From positions 2,170-66,169 of the forward strand of contig JBJFGB010000009.1 of assembly GCA_051892295.1 (NCBI GenBank): a stretch of DNA of 64,000 bases. The letters are read 5' to 3'. A program made the position numbers and the translations under genes. Under the pieces are notes generated by a model. That model searched no databases. It saw nothing but the letters and a program-made list of their open reading frames with translations, and was not told the DNA's origin. This DNA is from Faecousia sp. GTDB lineage: Bacteria > Bacillota > Clostridia > Oscillospirales > Oscillospiraceae. Below, piece after piece: positions 1 through 9,455 of the stretch; positions within the stretch are counted from its first letter, which is position 1; every line of letters begins with the position of its first letter.

Positions 1-511
1 GGAATACGACGGCGGCGGGCTCATCGGTCATCTGGCAGCCGTCGGGACCGTAGCACTTGATGCCGTTGTAGGCACCCGCGTTGTGACTCGCAGAGACGAC
101 AATGCCGCAGCCGCAGCCCAAACGGCGGACGGCAAAGGAAAGCATCGGCGTCGGAGCAAGCTCGTGGTAGACATAGACATGCACGCCGCGCTCTGCAAGC
201 GCAACCGCGCAAATCTCAGCATAGCGGCGGGAATTATGGCGGGAGTCATAGCCGATTGCGCATTTCTGCGGCAGTTCCGTCGTGCAGAGCCAAGCCGCCA
301 AGCCCTGCGCGGTACGGCGGACGGTGTAATCATTAAGGCGGTTTGTACCAAGCCCCATGATACCGCGAATGCCTGCCGTCCCAAATTGCAGTTCAGCGCC
401 GAAAGCGCCCTTCAGCGCGTCGGCATTTCCTTCTATGTTACGAAGTTCTTTCTGTTCTTGCTCGGTCAACGGTGCAGCGCACCATGCTTGATAACGTTCC
501 GAATATTCCAT
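1..511 (-). CDS. alpha-D-phosphohexomutase (phosphoglucomutase/phosphomannomutase), N-terminal part; the 3' end lies beyond the left edge
   Basis: Own translation of the minus strand from ATG 511..509, with GGAGG RBS upstream: MEYSERYQAWCAAPLTEQEQKELRN..FGTAGIRGIMG..VVSASHNAGAYNGIKCYGPDG. This contains the phosphoserine loop of the PGM/PMM superfamily. It is not in the ORF track because it runs off the window. Confidence 0.8.
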   Translation of the reverse strand, partial: MEYSERYQAWCAAPLTEQEQKELRNIEGNADALKGAFGAELQFGTAGIRGIMGLGTNRLNDYTVRRTAQGLAAWLCTTELPQKCAIGYDSRHNSRRYAEICAVALAERGVHVYVYHELAPTPMLSFAVRRLGCGCGIVVSASHNAGAYNGIKCYGPDGCQMTDEPAAVVF

Positions 512-575
512 AAATTACCTCCGTTTTCCGTTTTTTAAAAAACAGCCCAATTATCCCATTGAGCCGTTTTATCCA

Positions 576-1076
576 TTACACGTCTTCAATAATTGCGGAA
601 TTGGTTCTGGCCTGCGGATTGACGAGGGCACGGAATTTCGAACGAGAATCACGGATCTCGGCAAGCGCCTGTGCCACAGCCTCCTCGGTCGTGCGCAGGG
701 AATCATCGACGAAGTCGTTCGTCACTTGCTTCAGTTCCTTGATCTTCTCCTGCGCGGCGCGTACCATTTCGTTGGCCTGATCCTTTGCCTCAAGATAAAT
801 CGCCTCCTGCGAGACGAGCTGCTTGGCCTGCGCCTGGGCAGCCTTGAGGATATTCTCAGCCTCACGCTTCGCGCTGGTAATCAACTCGTTGCGAGACTCA
901 ACAATCGTCTTTGCCTGCTTCATTTCACCGGGCAGCTTATTGCTGATCTCATCAAGAAGATCCAGCGCACGCTCGCGTTCGATCGAGCATTTATCTCCGC
1001 TGAACGGTACGCTTCTTGCGTCCTGTACCATTTCATAAAGTGTGCCGATCAGTTCTTCAATACTGTGTTCGTTCAT
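576..1076 (-). CDS. hypothetical coiled-coil protein (ATP-synthase-b / V-ATPase-subunit-H-like low-complexity helix)
   Basis: 166-aa ORF rich in E/K/A/Q heptad-like sequence. Its start overlaps the coaD stop (ATGA), so it is translationally coupled to coaD. No catalytic motif seen. Confidence 0.5.
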   Translation of the reverse strand: MNEHSIEELIGTLYEMVQDARSVPFSGDKCSIERERALDLLDEISNKLPGEMKQAKTIVESRNELITSAKREAENILKAAQAQAKQLVSQEAIYLEAKDQANEMVRAAQEKIKELKQVTNDFVDDSLRTTEEAVAQALAEIRDSRSKFRALVNPQARTNSAIIEDV

Positions 1077-1579
1077 CGTGTTGCCTCCTTATGATTTCTG
1101 ATGTCTCTGATTCTGTCTTCAAATTCCGCCAAAATCTCCGGCGGAAGAAAGTCGCTGACATCCGCTCCGTAAAACCCCATTTCCTTCACGGCGCTGGAGC
1201 TGAGATACATATATTGATGCTCAGCGGTTAGAAAGAGGGATTCCAACTCGGGATTCAGCTTGCGGTTGATCATTGCCATTTGGAATTCTTTTTCGAAATC
1301 GGAGCCTGCGCGCAGCCCCTTGATGATTGTGCAGCAACGCTGCGCCCTTGCGTACTCGGCAAGCAGACCGTCGTGCGTGTCAACCTTGACATTTGGTAAA
1401 TGCGCTGTGACACGCGCCAGCAGACGCTTGCGCTCTTCTAAATCAAACATCGGCTTCTTCTCGCAATTCACCATAACGCAGACAATTACCTCGTCAAACA
1501 GGCGGGACGCGCGTTCGATGATATTGAGGTGTCCGTTTGTCACGGGATCGAAGCTGCCGGGATAGACGGCTATTTTCAT
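1073..1579 (-). CDS. coaD: phosphopantetheine adenylyltransferase
   Basis: MKIAVYPGSFDPVTNGHLNIIERA (the T/HxGH nucleotidyltransferase motif), 168 aa, typical CoaD length; 4-nt overlap with rsmD. Confidence 0.95.
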   Translation of the reverse strand: MKIAVYPGSFDPVTNGHLNIIERASRLFDEVIVCVMVNCEKKPMFDLEERKRLLARVTAHLPNVKVDTHDGLLAEYARAQRCCTIIKGLRAGSDFEKEFQMAMINRKLNPELESLFLTAEHQYMYLSSSAVKEMGFYGADVSDFLPPEILAEFEDRIRDIRNHKEATR

Positions 1580-2127
1580 AAATCTTCCTTTATGCGGCGA
1601 AACAGCGTAATGACGGTTTTGCCGTAAATATAATCCTTTGAGCGTTCCAAGTCCCCAAACTGCTCCTCAAGCGGCTTGCCGAGAGGACGCTCCGTAATAA
1701 TTATACCACCTTCCGCCAAAATGTCAATTTCCGAGATGCGTTTTATTGCATTTTCCAGATATTTTTCTGCGTATGGCGGGTCTAAAAAGATCAGCCGGAA
1801 GGATTTTTTACAGCGGGACAGGTAGGTCAGATAGTCACCTCGGACAATTTCCGCCCTGTCCTCCAAATGCGTCCGCCGCAGATTCTCCCGAATGACCGCA
1901 ACGGCGTCGGCACGTTCGTCCACGAAGACCGCATGCCGCGCACCTCGGCTGAGCGCTTCAATGCCAAGCTGTCCGGAGCCGGCAAACAGGTCGAGCACAT
2001 CGCCTGCAATCTCGTATTGAATGATGTTAAACAGCGCCTGCTTTACCTTATCCGCAGTGGGCCTTGTCAAAAGTCCGTCGGGCGCTTTCAGATTTGTTCC
2101 TCGCGCGGTTCCTGTAATCACTCGCAT
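1576..2127 (-). CDS. rsmD: 16S rRNA (guanine966-N2)-methyltransferase
   Basis: DLFAGSGQLGIEALSRGA SAM-binding motif and the DPPY motif; conserved rsmD-coaD pairing. Confidence 0.9.
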   Translation of the reverse strand: MRVITGTARGTNLKAPDGLLTRPTADKVKQALFNIIQYEIAGDVLDLFAGSGQLGIEALSRGARHAVFVDERADAVAVIRENLRRTHLEDRAEIVRGDYLTYLSRCKKSFRLIFLDPPYAEKYLENAIKRISEIDILAEGGIIITERPLGKPLEEQFGDLERSKDYIYGKTVITLFRRIKEDL

Positions 2128-2130
2128 TTG

Positions 2131-3951
2131 TTATTGCTCCTGTGCGTGAAAATATGCATGGACCGCCTGCGCAGTCGATGCGGGCACCACCTCGCGCAGC
2201 TCCTCCTCCGAGGCGCTGCGGATGGCGGAAATGGACTTAAAATGCTTGAGCAGCGCAAGACGGCGCTTCTCTCCTACGCCTTTGATCTCATCCAGCGCAG
2301 AGCCGCGTACACGTCTGCTTCTCAGGCTTCTATGGTATGTGATCGCAAAACGGTGCGTCTCCTCCTGAATTCTTCCAATCAGCGCAAACACGGCAGGTGT
2401 CGCCTGAATGCCGATCTCCGCACCGTCGGGCGTTACCAAAGCCCGGGTACGGTGGCGGTTATCCTTGACCATGCCGAAAATCGGGATCTCAATGCCCATT
2501 GTCAAGAGCGCCTCCCGAACGGTCTGCGCATGGACGGCTCCTCCGTCAATGAGCAATGCGTCGGGACGCTCATCAAATCCCTTGTCGCCGTCAAGATAGT
2601 GGCAAAAACGGCGGCAAAGCACCTGCCGCATGGAGGCGTAGTCATCCTGATCCGCTAAATTTTCAACCTTAAAACGCTTATAATCGCTTTTTTTCGGTTT
2701 TCCGTCCACGAAAACCGTCATGGAAGCGACAATGTCCGTTCCGGCGATATTGGAAATATCGTATGCCTCCAGCCGGGTCGGATAGGTCGGCAGTCGCAGC
2801 ATCGATTCCAAGAGCTTTAAAGTGCCGTTCAGCCGTTCCGACGCGCTCGTTGCCCGCTCCGCCTCCTCCCTCGCGTTCTGATTTGCAAGGGCAACCAGCT
2901 TTAGATTATCTCCCCTTTGCGGGACGATAAAACGGACGGTCTTCTCCAACTGCTCCAGCAGAAGCTGGGCGAAGGGCGCGGCATCCTCCATGGCAAAGGG
3001 AAGCAGAACACGCTTGGGTGCTGCTTTGCGGGAAAGATAGTATTGCTTGACGACAGCGGACAGTGCCTCCTGCTCGTCCTCCGGGCGGGTAAGCACCTCA
3101 TAGTCCTTATCCATCAGATTCCCGCCGATATAATGCAGGACGGCAAAACACGCTTTCGCCTCGGTCTGATACCAGCCGATCACATCGGTATCCGCCATGG
3201 TGCCCGCCGTGACAAGCTGCCGCTGTCCAAGCGCTTCAATGGCGCGGAGGCGGTCGCGAAGCTGCGCGGCCTGCTCGAACGCCATACGCTCCGCCGCAGC
3301 TTCCATCTCTTCGCGCAAGCGATCACACAGGGGTTTGTGCTTGCCGGAGAGCAAAAGCGCCGCCTGCTGCATCAGCGCGCGGTATTCCTCCTGCGTTTTC
3401 TCCGCCCTGCACCAGCCATCGCAGCGCTGCATCTGATAATTCAGGCAGGGGCGTTCCTTGCCGATATCGCGGGGGAATTTTTTGTTGCAGTTTGGCAGCT
3501 TGAACACCGTGCGGATCGTGTCGATCACCTGCTGCGATCTGCCGCGGCTGCCATAAGGTCCGAAATACTGCGCGCCGTCGTCCGCGACTCTGCCCGCAAG
3601 CGTAATCTTTGGGTAAGGCTCCCGCAGATCTAAGCGCAGATAGGGATAGCCCTTGTCGTCCTTGAGCAGGATGTTGTATTTCGGCATATAGTGCTTAATC
3701 AGTGAGCATTCCAGCACCAGCGCCTCAAATTCCGAGGCAGCGCGGATCGTCTCAAAATGGTCTACCGCCGCAACCATCCGCCGCGTCTTGAGCGTGTGTG
3801 AAGCGGTGTCCTGAAAATACTGGGAAACACGGTTTTTCAGTTTTTTCGCCTTGCCGACATAGATCACGGTATCCGAGGCATCCTTCATCAGATATACCCC
3901 CGGCTCATAGGGCAGCGAGAGCGCCGCCAGCTTCAGCTCCTCACGGGTCAT
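2131..3951 (-). CDS. uvrC: excinuclease ABC subunit C
   Basis: 606 aa. N-terminal GIY-YIG (PGVYLMKD..VIYVGKAKKLKNRV), UVR domain (FEQAAQLRDRLRAIE), and C-terminal endonuclease plus HhH region. Confidence 0.95.
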   Translation of the reverse strand: MTREELKLAALSLPYEPGVYLMKDASDTVIYVGKAKKLKNRVSQYFQDTASHTLKTRRMVAAVDHFETIRAASEFEALVLECSLIKHYMPKYNILLKDDKGYPYLRLDLREPYPKITLAGRVADDGAQYFGPYGSRGRSQQVIDTIRTVFKLPNCNKKFPRDIGKERPCLNYQMQRCDGWCRAEKTQEEYRALMQQAALLLSGKHKPLCDRLREEMEAAAERMAFEQAAQLRDRLRAIEALGQRQLVTAGTMADTDVIGWYQTEAKACFAVLHYIGGNLMDKDYEVLTRPEDEQEALSAVVKQYYLSRKAAPKRVLLPFAMEDAAPFAQLLLEQLEKTVRFIVPQRGDNLKLVALANQNAREEAERATSASERLNGTLKLLESMLRLPTYPTRLEAYDISNIAGTDIVASMTVFVDGKPKKSDYKRFKVENLADQDDYASMRQVLCRRFCHYLDGDKGFDERPDALLIDGGAVHAQTVREALLTMGIEIPIFGMVKDNRHRTRALVTPDGAEIGIQATPAVFALIGRIQEETHRFAITYHRSLRSRRVRGSALDEIKGVGEKRRLALLKHFKSISAIRSASEEELREVVPASTAQAVHAYFHAQEQ

Positions 3952-4037
3952 CTCGCCCCCTCCTTTCTCGCGGAAACATTCCCGATAGACAACGCTGTCC
4001 CAAACGCGGCGGCGCTTGGGACAGCGTTTTGAGTCTG

Positions 4038-4298
4038 TTAGATAATATCCTTAACCAGCATGGCGGAAAGCTCCTTCACGGCAGCTTCCTCGTCGGGGCC
4101 TTCGGCAATGATTGAAATTTCAGTCCCTGCGGTGATGCCCATGGAAAGAACGCCCAAAAGGCTCTTTGCATTGATCTTGCGTTCCTCCGCCTCAATCCAG
4201 ATGCTGGAGCGGAACTCATTGGCTTTTTGAATGAAATAAGTTACCTGCTTGTTATGAAGTCCGGATTCGCATTTCACGACGGATTTCTCTGTGTACAT
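4038..4298 (-). CDS. HPr-family phosphocarrier protein (orphan)
   Basis: ESGLHNKQ (His15 region) and KSLLGVLSMG (Ser46 region). I prefer ATG 4298 (AAGGAG 9 nt upstream) over the GTG at 4307 used by the track. Confidence 0.8.
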   Translation of the reverse strand: MYTEKSVVKCESGLHNKQVTYFIQKANEFRSSIWIEAEERKINAKSLLGVLSMGITAGTEISIIAEGPDEEAAVKELSAMLVKDII

Positions 4299-4347
4299 GT
4301 ATGTCACTCCTTAAAATCTCGAACACAGTCGAGAGATGCTAATAGAT

Positions 4348-4376
4348 AATATACGCAATTTCCTGCCGTTTGTCAA
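4348..4376 (-). promoter_or_regulatory. sigmaA-type promoter for the HPr gene
   Basis: Minus strand TTGACA (4376..4371), 17 nt spacer, TATATT (4353..4348). Confidence 0.6.
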
Positions 4377-4392
4377 CAGCTTTCGCAAGATT

Positions 4393-6765
4393 TTATGCGA
4401 GTTCGGCAATTGTTACGCCGTCCTCCCCTTCCCCGTAGACGCCCAAACGGTATTTTTTTACGGCGCGATTGCGTTTTAATTCCTCATGTACTGCCTTACG
4501 CAGCACACCGGTACCTTTGCCGTGGATAATACGGACCTGCGCCAAATTTGCCAGCATCGCGCCGTCCAAGAAATTTGCGAGAGTCGCAACCGCTTCATCC
4601 GCGCTCATGCCGCGCAGGTCAAGCTCCGTCGCGGCTGTGACATTGCGGAATTCCCGTTGGCTCCGCGCAATAATCTTTTTCGCCTGCTGCTGCGTTTCTT
4701 CAATGAGATAGACCTCATTGGGCTGCGCCGTGACCTTCATAATGCCCGCTTGCAGCTGGTAGCTGCCGTCCTTATTGATTGCAAGGACGCTTGCCTTCGT
4801 ACCGAAGCGCAGAAGCTCTACCGTGTCGCCCACCTTGATTGCGCGGCTCGGTGCCGGTCGCTCCGGTTCCGGCTGCTTGTCGGAGAATGCCTCCTCCGCC
4901 TCGTTCAGCTTGCGGCGCAGCTCCGCCTGTCTGGCGTTGCTGCCCTGCACATCGGCGGAATCCTTCATCTGCTTGCGAAGCTGCTTTAATTCCTCGGCAA
5001 CCTCGTTCGCCGCGCGGCGGGCATTGTCGATGATGGCCTGCGCCTCGGCACGGGCGCTGCGCATTGCCTTCTCGCGTTCACGTTTGATCTCGGCGTAATA
5101 CTCCTCAGACCTTGCGCGCATCTGCTCCGTCTCCAAGCGTAGGCGTTCCGCTTCCCGCTTCGCGTTTTCCATCTGCTGGCGCTGCTGTTCCAGCTGATTT
5201 AGAACATCCTCAAAGTTGCGGTCGTTCTCATTGACGTAGCTCTTTGCCTGCTCAATAATCAGCTCGGACAAGCCGAGACGCTTGGAAATCGCAAAGGCGT
5301 TCGATTTCCCGGGAATGCCGATGAGCAAGCGATAGGTCGGGCGCAGGGTCTCAACATCAAATTCGCAGGAGGCATTCATGACGCCGTCCGTGCGCATGGC
5401 GTAGAGCTTCAGCTCAGCGTAGTGCGTGGTTGCCGCGACGCGGCTGCCGCATTTTCTGCAAAACTCAATCAGCGCCGTCGCCAGCGCAGCGCCCTCGGCG
5501 GGATCGGTGCCCGCGCCTAACTCGTCAAAGAGTACCAGCGTCTCGTCGTCGCATTCTTCCACAATCTGCACGATGTTTTTCATATGGGACGAGAAGGTGG
5601 AAAGAGACTGCTCAATGGATTGCTCGTCACCGATATCTGCCAGCACCCGCGGGAACACGGAAATCGCGCTGCCGTGGTCTGCGGGGATATGCAAGCCGCA
5701 CTCCGCCATCAGGGTAAGCAGACCGATGGTTTTCAGCGTTACGGTCTTGCCGCCTGTGTTCGGTCCCGTAATGATCAGCGTGTCAAAATCCGTGCCGAGG
5801 CGCACCGTAATGGGCACAACGGTTTTACGGTCAATCAGCGGATGCCGCGCGCGGTTTAACTCAATGGTGGCGTTGGTGCGGATCTCCGGCTCCATACCGT
5901 CCATGCGCAGGGAGAGGCGGGCTTTGGCAAAAATGACATCCAGCGTCACGAGCATTTCATAACTTGAAGTGATACTTTCGCGGAAGGACGCCGCCTCCGC
6001 CGACAGCTCGGCAAGGATGCGTTCAATCTCCTTACGCTCCTGAATCAAAAGCTCCCGCAGCGCGTTATTCGCGTTGACCGCCGACATCGGCTCAATGAAA
6101 AAGGTGCCGCCCGAGGAGGAAACATCGTGTACCAGCCCGGGAATCTCGCCCTTATACTCACTCTTGACGGGTACAACATAGCGGTCGCCGCGCAGGGTGA
6201 TAATCGGGTCGCGCAGGTATTTTGCATAGGTCGGCGAGGTGATGATCTTTTGCAGGGACTCCTTCACCTTCGCGCTCTGGATGCGCATATGGCGGCGGAT
6301 ATCGGCAAGCTCACTGCTCGCAGCGTCCGCAATCTCCTCCTCGGAGAGAATGGAATTTGTAATCTTTTCTTCTAAATAGCGGTTGGGGGAAAGCTCCTGA
6401 AAATACACATCCAAATTGGATTGCATATAATCGCCGTTATAATAGGCTTTTGCATTGCGGATGCAGCGCAAAACGCCCGCAATGCGCAGAAGCTCCACCG
6501 GTGTCAGGCAGCCGCCGCGATCAGCGCGCTCTAAGGAGGAGGCGATCTCCTTTAATTCGTGGAAGGAGGGGGAACCCTTGAGCGAGATCAGCTTGCAGGC
6601 GGCACTGGTCTGCTGCTGTAACAGAAGAATCTCCTCGGCATCCGTCAGCGGTGTCAGCTTACGGCAGCGCTCCTTCGCCTCCTCGCTGTGAGCGCATTCG
6701 GCAAGCTTATCTAAAATCGTGTTCAGTTCCAGCTTGTTCAGTGATTTTTCGTATAGTTCGGTCAT
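4393..6765 (-). CDS. mutS2: endonuclease MutS2 (MutS domain V ATPase plus C-terminal Smr domain)
   Basis: Walker A GPNTGGKTV, a long coiled-coil linker, and Smr tail (LDLRGMSADEAV..IIHGKGTGVLR). Start chosen at ATG 6765 (GAGGA 8 nt upstream); the track ORF extends to 6780. Confidence 0.9.
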   Translation of the reverse strand: MTELYEKSLNKLELNTILDKLAECAHSEEAKERCRKLTPLTDAEEILLLQQQTSAACKLISLKGSPSFHELKEIASSLERADRGGCLTPVELLRIAGVLRCIRNAKAYYNGDYMQSNLDVYFQELSPNRYLEEKITNSILSEEEIADAASSELADIRRHMRIQSAKVKESLQKIITSPTYAKYLRDPIITLRGDRYVVPVKSEYKGEIPGLVHDVSSSGGTFFIEPMSAVNANNALRELLIQERKEIERILAELSAEAASFRESITSSYEMLVTLDVIFAKARLSLRMDGMEPEIRTNATIELNRARHPLIDRKTVVPITVRLGTDFDTLIITGPNTGGKTVTLKTIGLLTLMAECGLHIPADHGSAISVFPRVLADIGDEQSIEQSLSTFSSHMKNIVQIVEECDDETLVLFDELGAGTDPAEGAALATALIEFCRKCGSRVAATTHYAELKLYAMRTDGVMNASCEFDVETLRPTYRLLIGIPGKSNAFAISKRLGLSELIIEQAKSYVNENDRNFEDVLNQLEQQRQQMENAKREAERLRLETEQMRARSEEYYAEIKREREKAMRSARAEAQAIIDNARRAANEVAEELKQLRKQMKDSADVQGSNARQAELRRKLNEAEEAFSDKQPEPERPAPSRAIKVGDTVELLRFGTKASVLAINKDGSYQLQAGIMKVTAQPNEVYLIEETQQQAKKIIARSQREFRNVTAATELDLRGMSADEAVATLANFLDGAMLANLAQVRIIHGKGTGVLRKAVHEELKRNRAVKKYRLGVYGEGEDGVTIAELA

Positions 6766-6776
6766 TTTTGATGTCC

Positions 6777-7520
6777 TCATAAAAACAGTGATTTGTATAG
6801 ATCAAGGGTGAAGAAGCCGCGTTCCAAGCGCATCGTCAAATAGCTTTCGGTCAGACCGTTTAATTCCTGCAGGGCGCCGTCTGACAGGGTGAAGGCAAAC
6901 AGGCGCTTCGGGTCGGCGGAAGCAATATAGCGCATTGCCGCCAAGCTTCCTTCGGAAACCGGCATGCGAATGCCGTCTGTTGCGTCGTTTCTGCATTCCG
7001 CGCATTGGAGGATCCCCTGCGTCACATTAAAGCGGTTCGGATTTGGATTGCCGCAGACGGCGCAGCCGCGCAAATCGGGCAGAAAGCCTGCGATGCAGGC
7101 AAGCCGCAGCTCAAAGACCGCCTTCACAAGCTTTTGCGGCTTTTCCAGTTTCGCAAGCGCGTAAAGGGCGTTCAATAGGAGGGAAAGCAGCTCCGGCGAA
7201 GCGTCCTCCTCCTGGGCTACCGCGTCCGTCACCTGCGCGAAATAGGAAGCAAGGTATAAAAGCTCGATGTCCTCGCGCAGCTCCGGAAACATCTCCTTCA
7301 CCACAGCCTCGGTAATCGTGTATTTCCCCTGTTTTTCCGAGACGGTAAACTCGGAATAGGTCAGAAATTGGCACGCCGCCTTGCTGCGGCTCCTGCCGGA
7401 CTTCACCCCACGGGCACGGAGCGTTAATTTCCCATGCTCACGCGTCAGGACGGTCAGCAGTTTGTCCGCATCCTTGTATTCGGTTTCACGAAGGATGATT
7501 CCCTCGATCTTTTCGTACAT
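6777..7520 (-). CDS. recO: DNA repair protein RecO
   Basis: 247 aa. N-terminal OB fold (EGIILRETEYKDADKLLTVLT) and a CxxC..CxxC zinc motif (CAVCGN..CAEC). Confidence 0.9.
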   Translation of the reverse strand: MYEKIEGIILRETEYKDADKLLTVLTREHGKLTLRARGVKSGRSRSKAACQFLTYSEFTVSEKQGKYTITEAVVKEMFPELREDIELLYLASYFAQVTDAVAQEEDASPELLSLLLNALYALAKLEKPQKLVKAVFELRLACIAGFLPDLRGCAVCGNPNPNRFNVTQGILQCAECRNDATDGIRMPVSEGSLAAMRYIASADPKRLFAFTLSDGALQELNGLTESYLTMRLERGFFTLDLYKSLFL

Positions 7521-7535
7521 AATGTAATCATTTCC

Positions 7536-8378
7536 TCATTGTATGTGCAGCATTCGTTTCAGCTTTCCGTAAACCCGGCGCGGGAGGGAGGTCATTTTTT
7601 TCTTCAGCCGCTTGCCTCGCAGCGTTCGGAACCGGGGCTGCGCTTGGGAGAGAACCCTGCAGAGCCGCACATAAGTCTCGTACCACACAAAAGCGGACAT
7701 ACATTCTGCGGCGCTGTGCTGTTTGTAGTATCCGATGCTGAGATTCACGCCGCAAGCTTCCCTTGCAACATAAGAGACATCCGTGCCTGCTTGGTGATTC
7801 AGCACCTTTGACGCAAGCTGCGCCTCGATAAAAGCGCAAAAAGCCCTGCTGTTTAGAATGCCGTGATAATGGCAGCAATCTTTTCCCGGCAAATCCAACG
7901 AAATCATGTAGCCATGTCGGTTGATCTCCCGCATGAGGCGTTTGTTCGTTTTCCGAAGCAGCATTGCGCCAAAATGTCCGTGCTCTTCCCCATCGAGAAT
8001 CAGCAGCGAGTGTCCCGAATCCTTCAAAAGCCAAAGCAGCGCGCAGCCCGCGCGATCATCCGCACCCAAGCCGACTTCTTCGTTGCTCCCATTGACCTTA
8101 TCCGCAGAAAAAACAGGCTTCGTTTCCAAACGGCTGTGCTGATAGTTCTCGTCCCAAACCGTGTCCGCGTGGGCAAGGAGGAGCACCCGTTCCTTCCTTG
8201 TTCCCGGTACATAGACATACCGTTCTAACGGGTTTTTCCCTTCAAAATATTGCGCGTTCGGGAGCCCACGAAAGCGGTGCAGTACCTCACTACCGTCATA
8301 CAAGGGACAGCGGAGGAATTCCGCCAATGTCTCAAGCGCCGCCTCTTGCGCAACCGGTTTTATTTCTGTCTGGTCCAT
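7536..8378 (-). CDS. putative M20/M28-like metallopeptidase-fold protein (uncharacterised)
   Basis: LLLAHADTVWD, GLGADDRAGCA and DGEEHGHFG resemble the H-x-D / D / E-E metal ligands of M20/M28/M42 peptidases. Start moved to ATG 8378 (AAAGGGGAG RBS); the 45-codon N-terminal extension in the track lacks an RBS. Confidence 0.45.
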   Translation of the reverse strand: MDQTEIKPVAQEAALETLAEFLRCPLYDGSEVLHRFRGLPNAQYFEGKNPLERYVYVPGTRKERVLLLAHADTVWDENYQHSRLETKPVFSADKVNGSNEEVGLGADDRAGCALLWLLKDSGHSLLILDGEEHGHFGAMLLRKTNKRLMREINRHGYMISLDLPGKDCCHYHGILNSRAFCAFIEAQLASKVLNHQAGTDVSYVAREACGVNLSIGYYKQHSAAECMSAFVWYETYVRLCRVLSQAQPRFRTLRGKRLKKKMTSLPRRVYGKLKRMLHIQ

Positions 8379-8564
8379 ATACTCCCCTTTATTGCACCGG
8401 CTTTCGCTCATGCTTTGCTTCACGCTGATATAATAAATACGCCTCCGGCGCGCCGGTTTCCAAAAACAAATTCCAGAAAAATGCCGAATCCATCGTATTC
8501 CTCCCGCGTTCATTCTGCCGTTAGCATTTGCGGTACGGTCGCGGAAGATACGATGAAAAAAATG

Positions 8565-9455
8565 CTATGATTCGTAGCCGAAGTTGCGGATTAGGAAGTC
8601 GCTGTCGCGCCAATTCTCCTTGACCTTGACCCAAGTCTGCAAAAAGACCTTTGTCCCCATGAAGCGCTCGCAGTCCTCGCGGGCGGCGGTGGAGATTTTT
8701 TTCAGCATCGCGCCGTTTTTGCCGATGATAATCCCCTTATGACTCGCCTTTTCACAATAGATAGTCGCATCGACATCAATCACACCGTTGTCCCGTTCGG
8801 AAAACCTGGTGATCTCCACCGCTGTGCCATGCGGGATCTCCCGCTCTAAGTTCCACAGCAGCTTTTCCCGAATAATCTCCGCAATCACCTGCCGCTCCGG
8901 CTGGTCTGAGGTCATATCCTCCGGGAAGTAAAACGGGCTTTCCTCGGCATACTTTGCGCATTCGTCCAGCAGCGCCTTTACACCGTCGTTGAATTTCGCG
9001 GAGATCGGCAGCACGGCGGCAAAATCAAACTGTGCGGAATAGGCAGCAATGACTGCCAATAGCTGCTCCTTGTCCGGCACGGTGTCAATCTTGTTGATGA
9101 CCAGGATGGCAGGTGCACCGCTTGCCTTGATCTGGGCGATGAGATTCTCCTCCTGCGGACCCACGTTCGGAATCGGTTCAACAATCAGCAGCACGAGATC
9201 CACATCCGCAACGGATTCCTTCACCACCCCGACCATATAGTCCCCGAGCTTCGTGCGCGGGCGGTGAAAGCCCGGTGTGTCAATAAAGACGAGCTGGGTG
9301 TCCCCTCTCGTCAGCACGCCGCAGATGCGGTTCCGCGTAGTCTGCGGCTTATTGGAGACAATCGCAATTTTTTCGCCGACCAAGTGGTTGATCAGGGTAG
9401 ATTTCCCCACATTCGGTCTGCCCGCGATGGTAATCATAACGGATTTTGTACTCAT
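8565..9455 (-). CDS. era: GTPase Era
   Basis: G1 GRPNVGKST, G3 DTPG, G4 NKID, plus C-terminal KH domain. Confidence 0.95.
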   Translation of the reverse strand: MSTKSVMITIAGRPNVGKSTLINHLVGEKIAIVSNKPQTTRNRICGVLTRGDTQLVFIDTPGFHRPRTKLGDYMVGVVKESVADVDLVLLIVEPIPNVGPQEENLIAQIKASGAPAILVINKIDTVPDKEQLLAVIAAYSAQFDFAAVLPISAKFNDGVKALLDECAKYAEESPFYFPEDMTSDQPERQVIAEIIREKLLWNLEREIPHGTAVEITRFSERDNGVIDVDATIYCEKASHKGIIIGKNGAMLKKISTAAREDCERFMGTKVFLQTWVKVKENWRDSDFLIRNFGYES

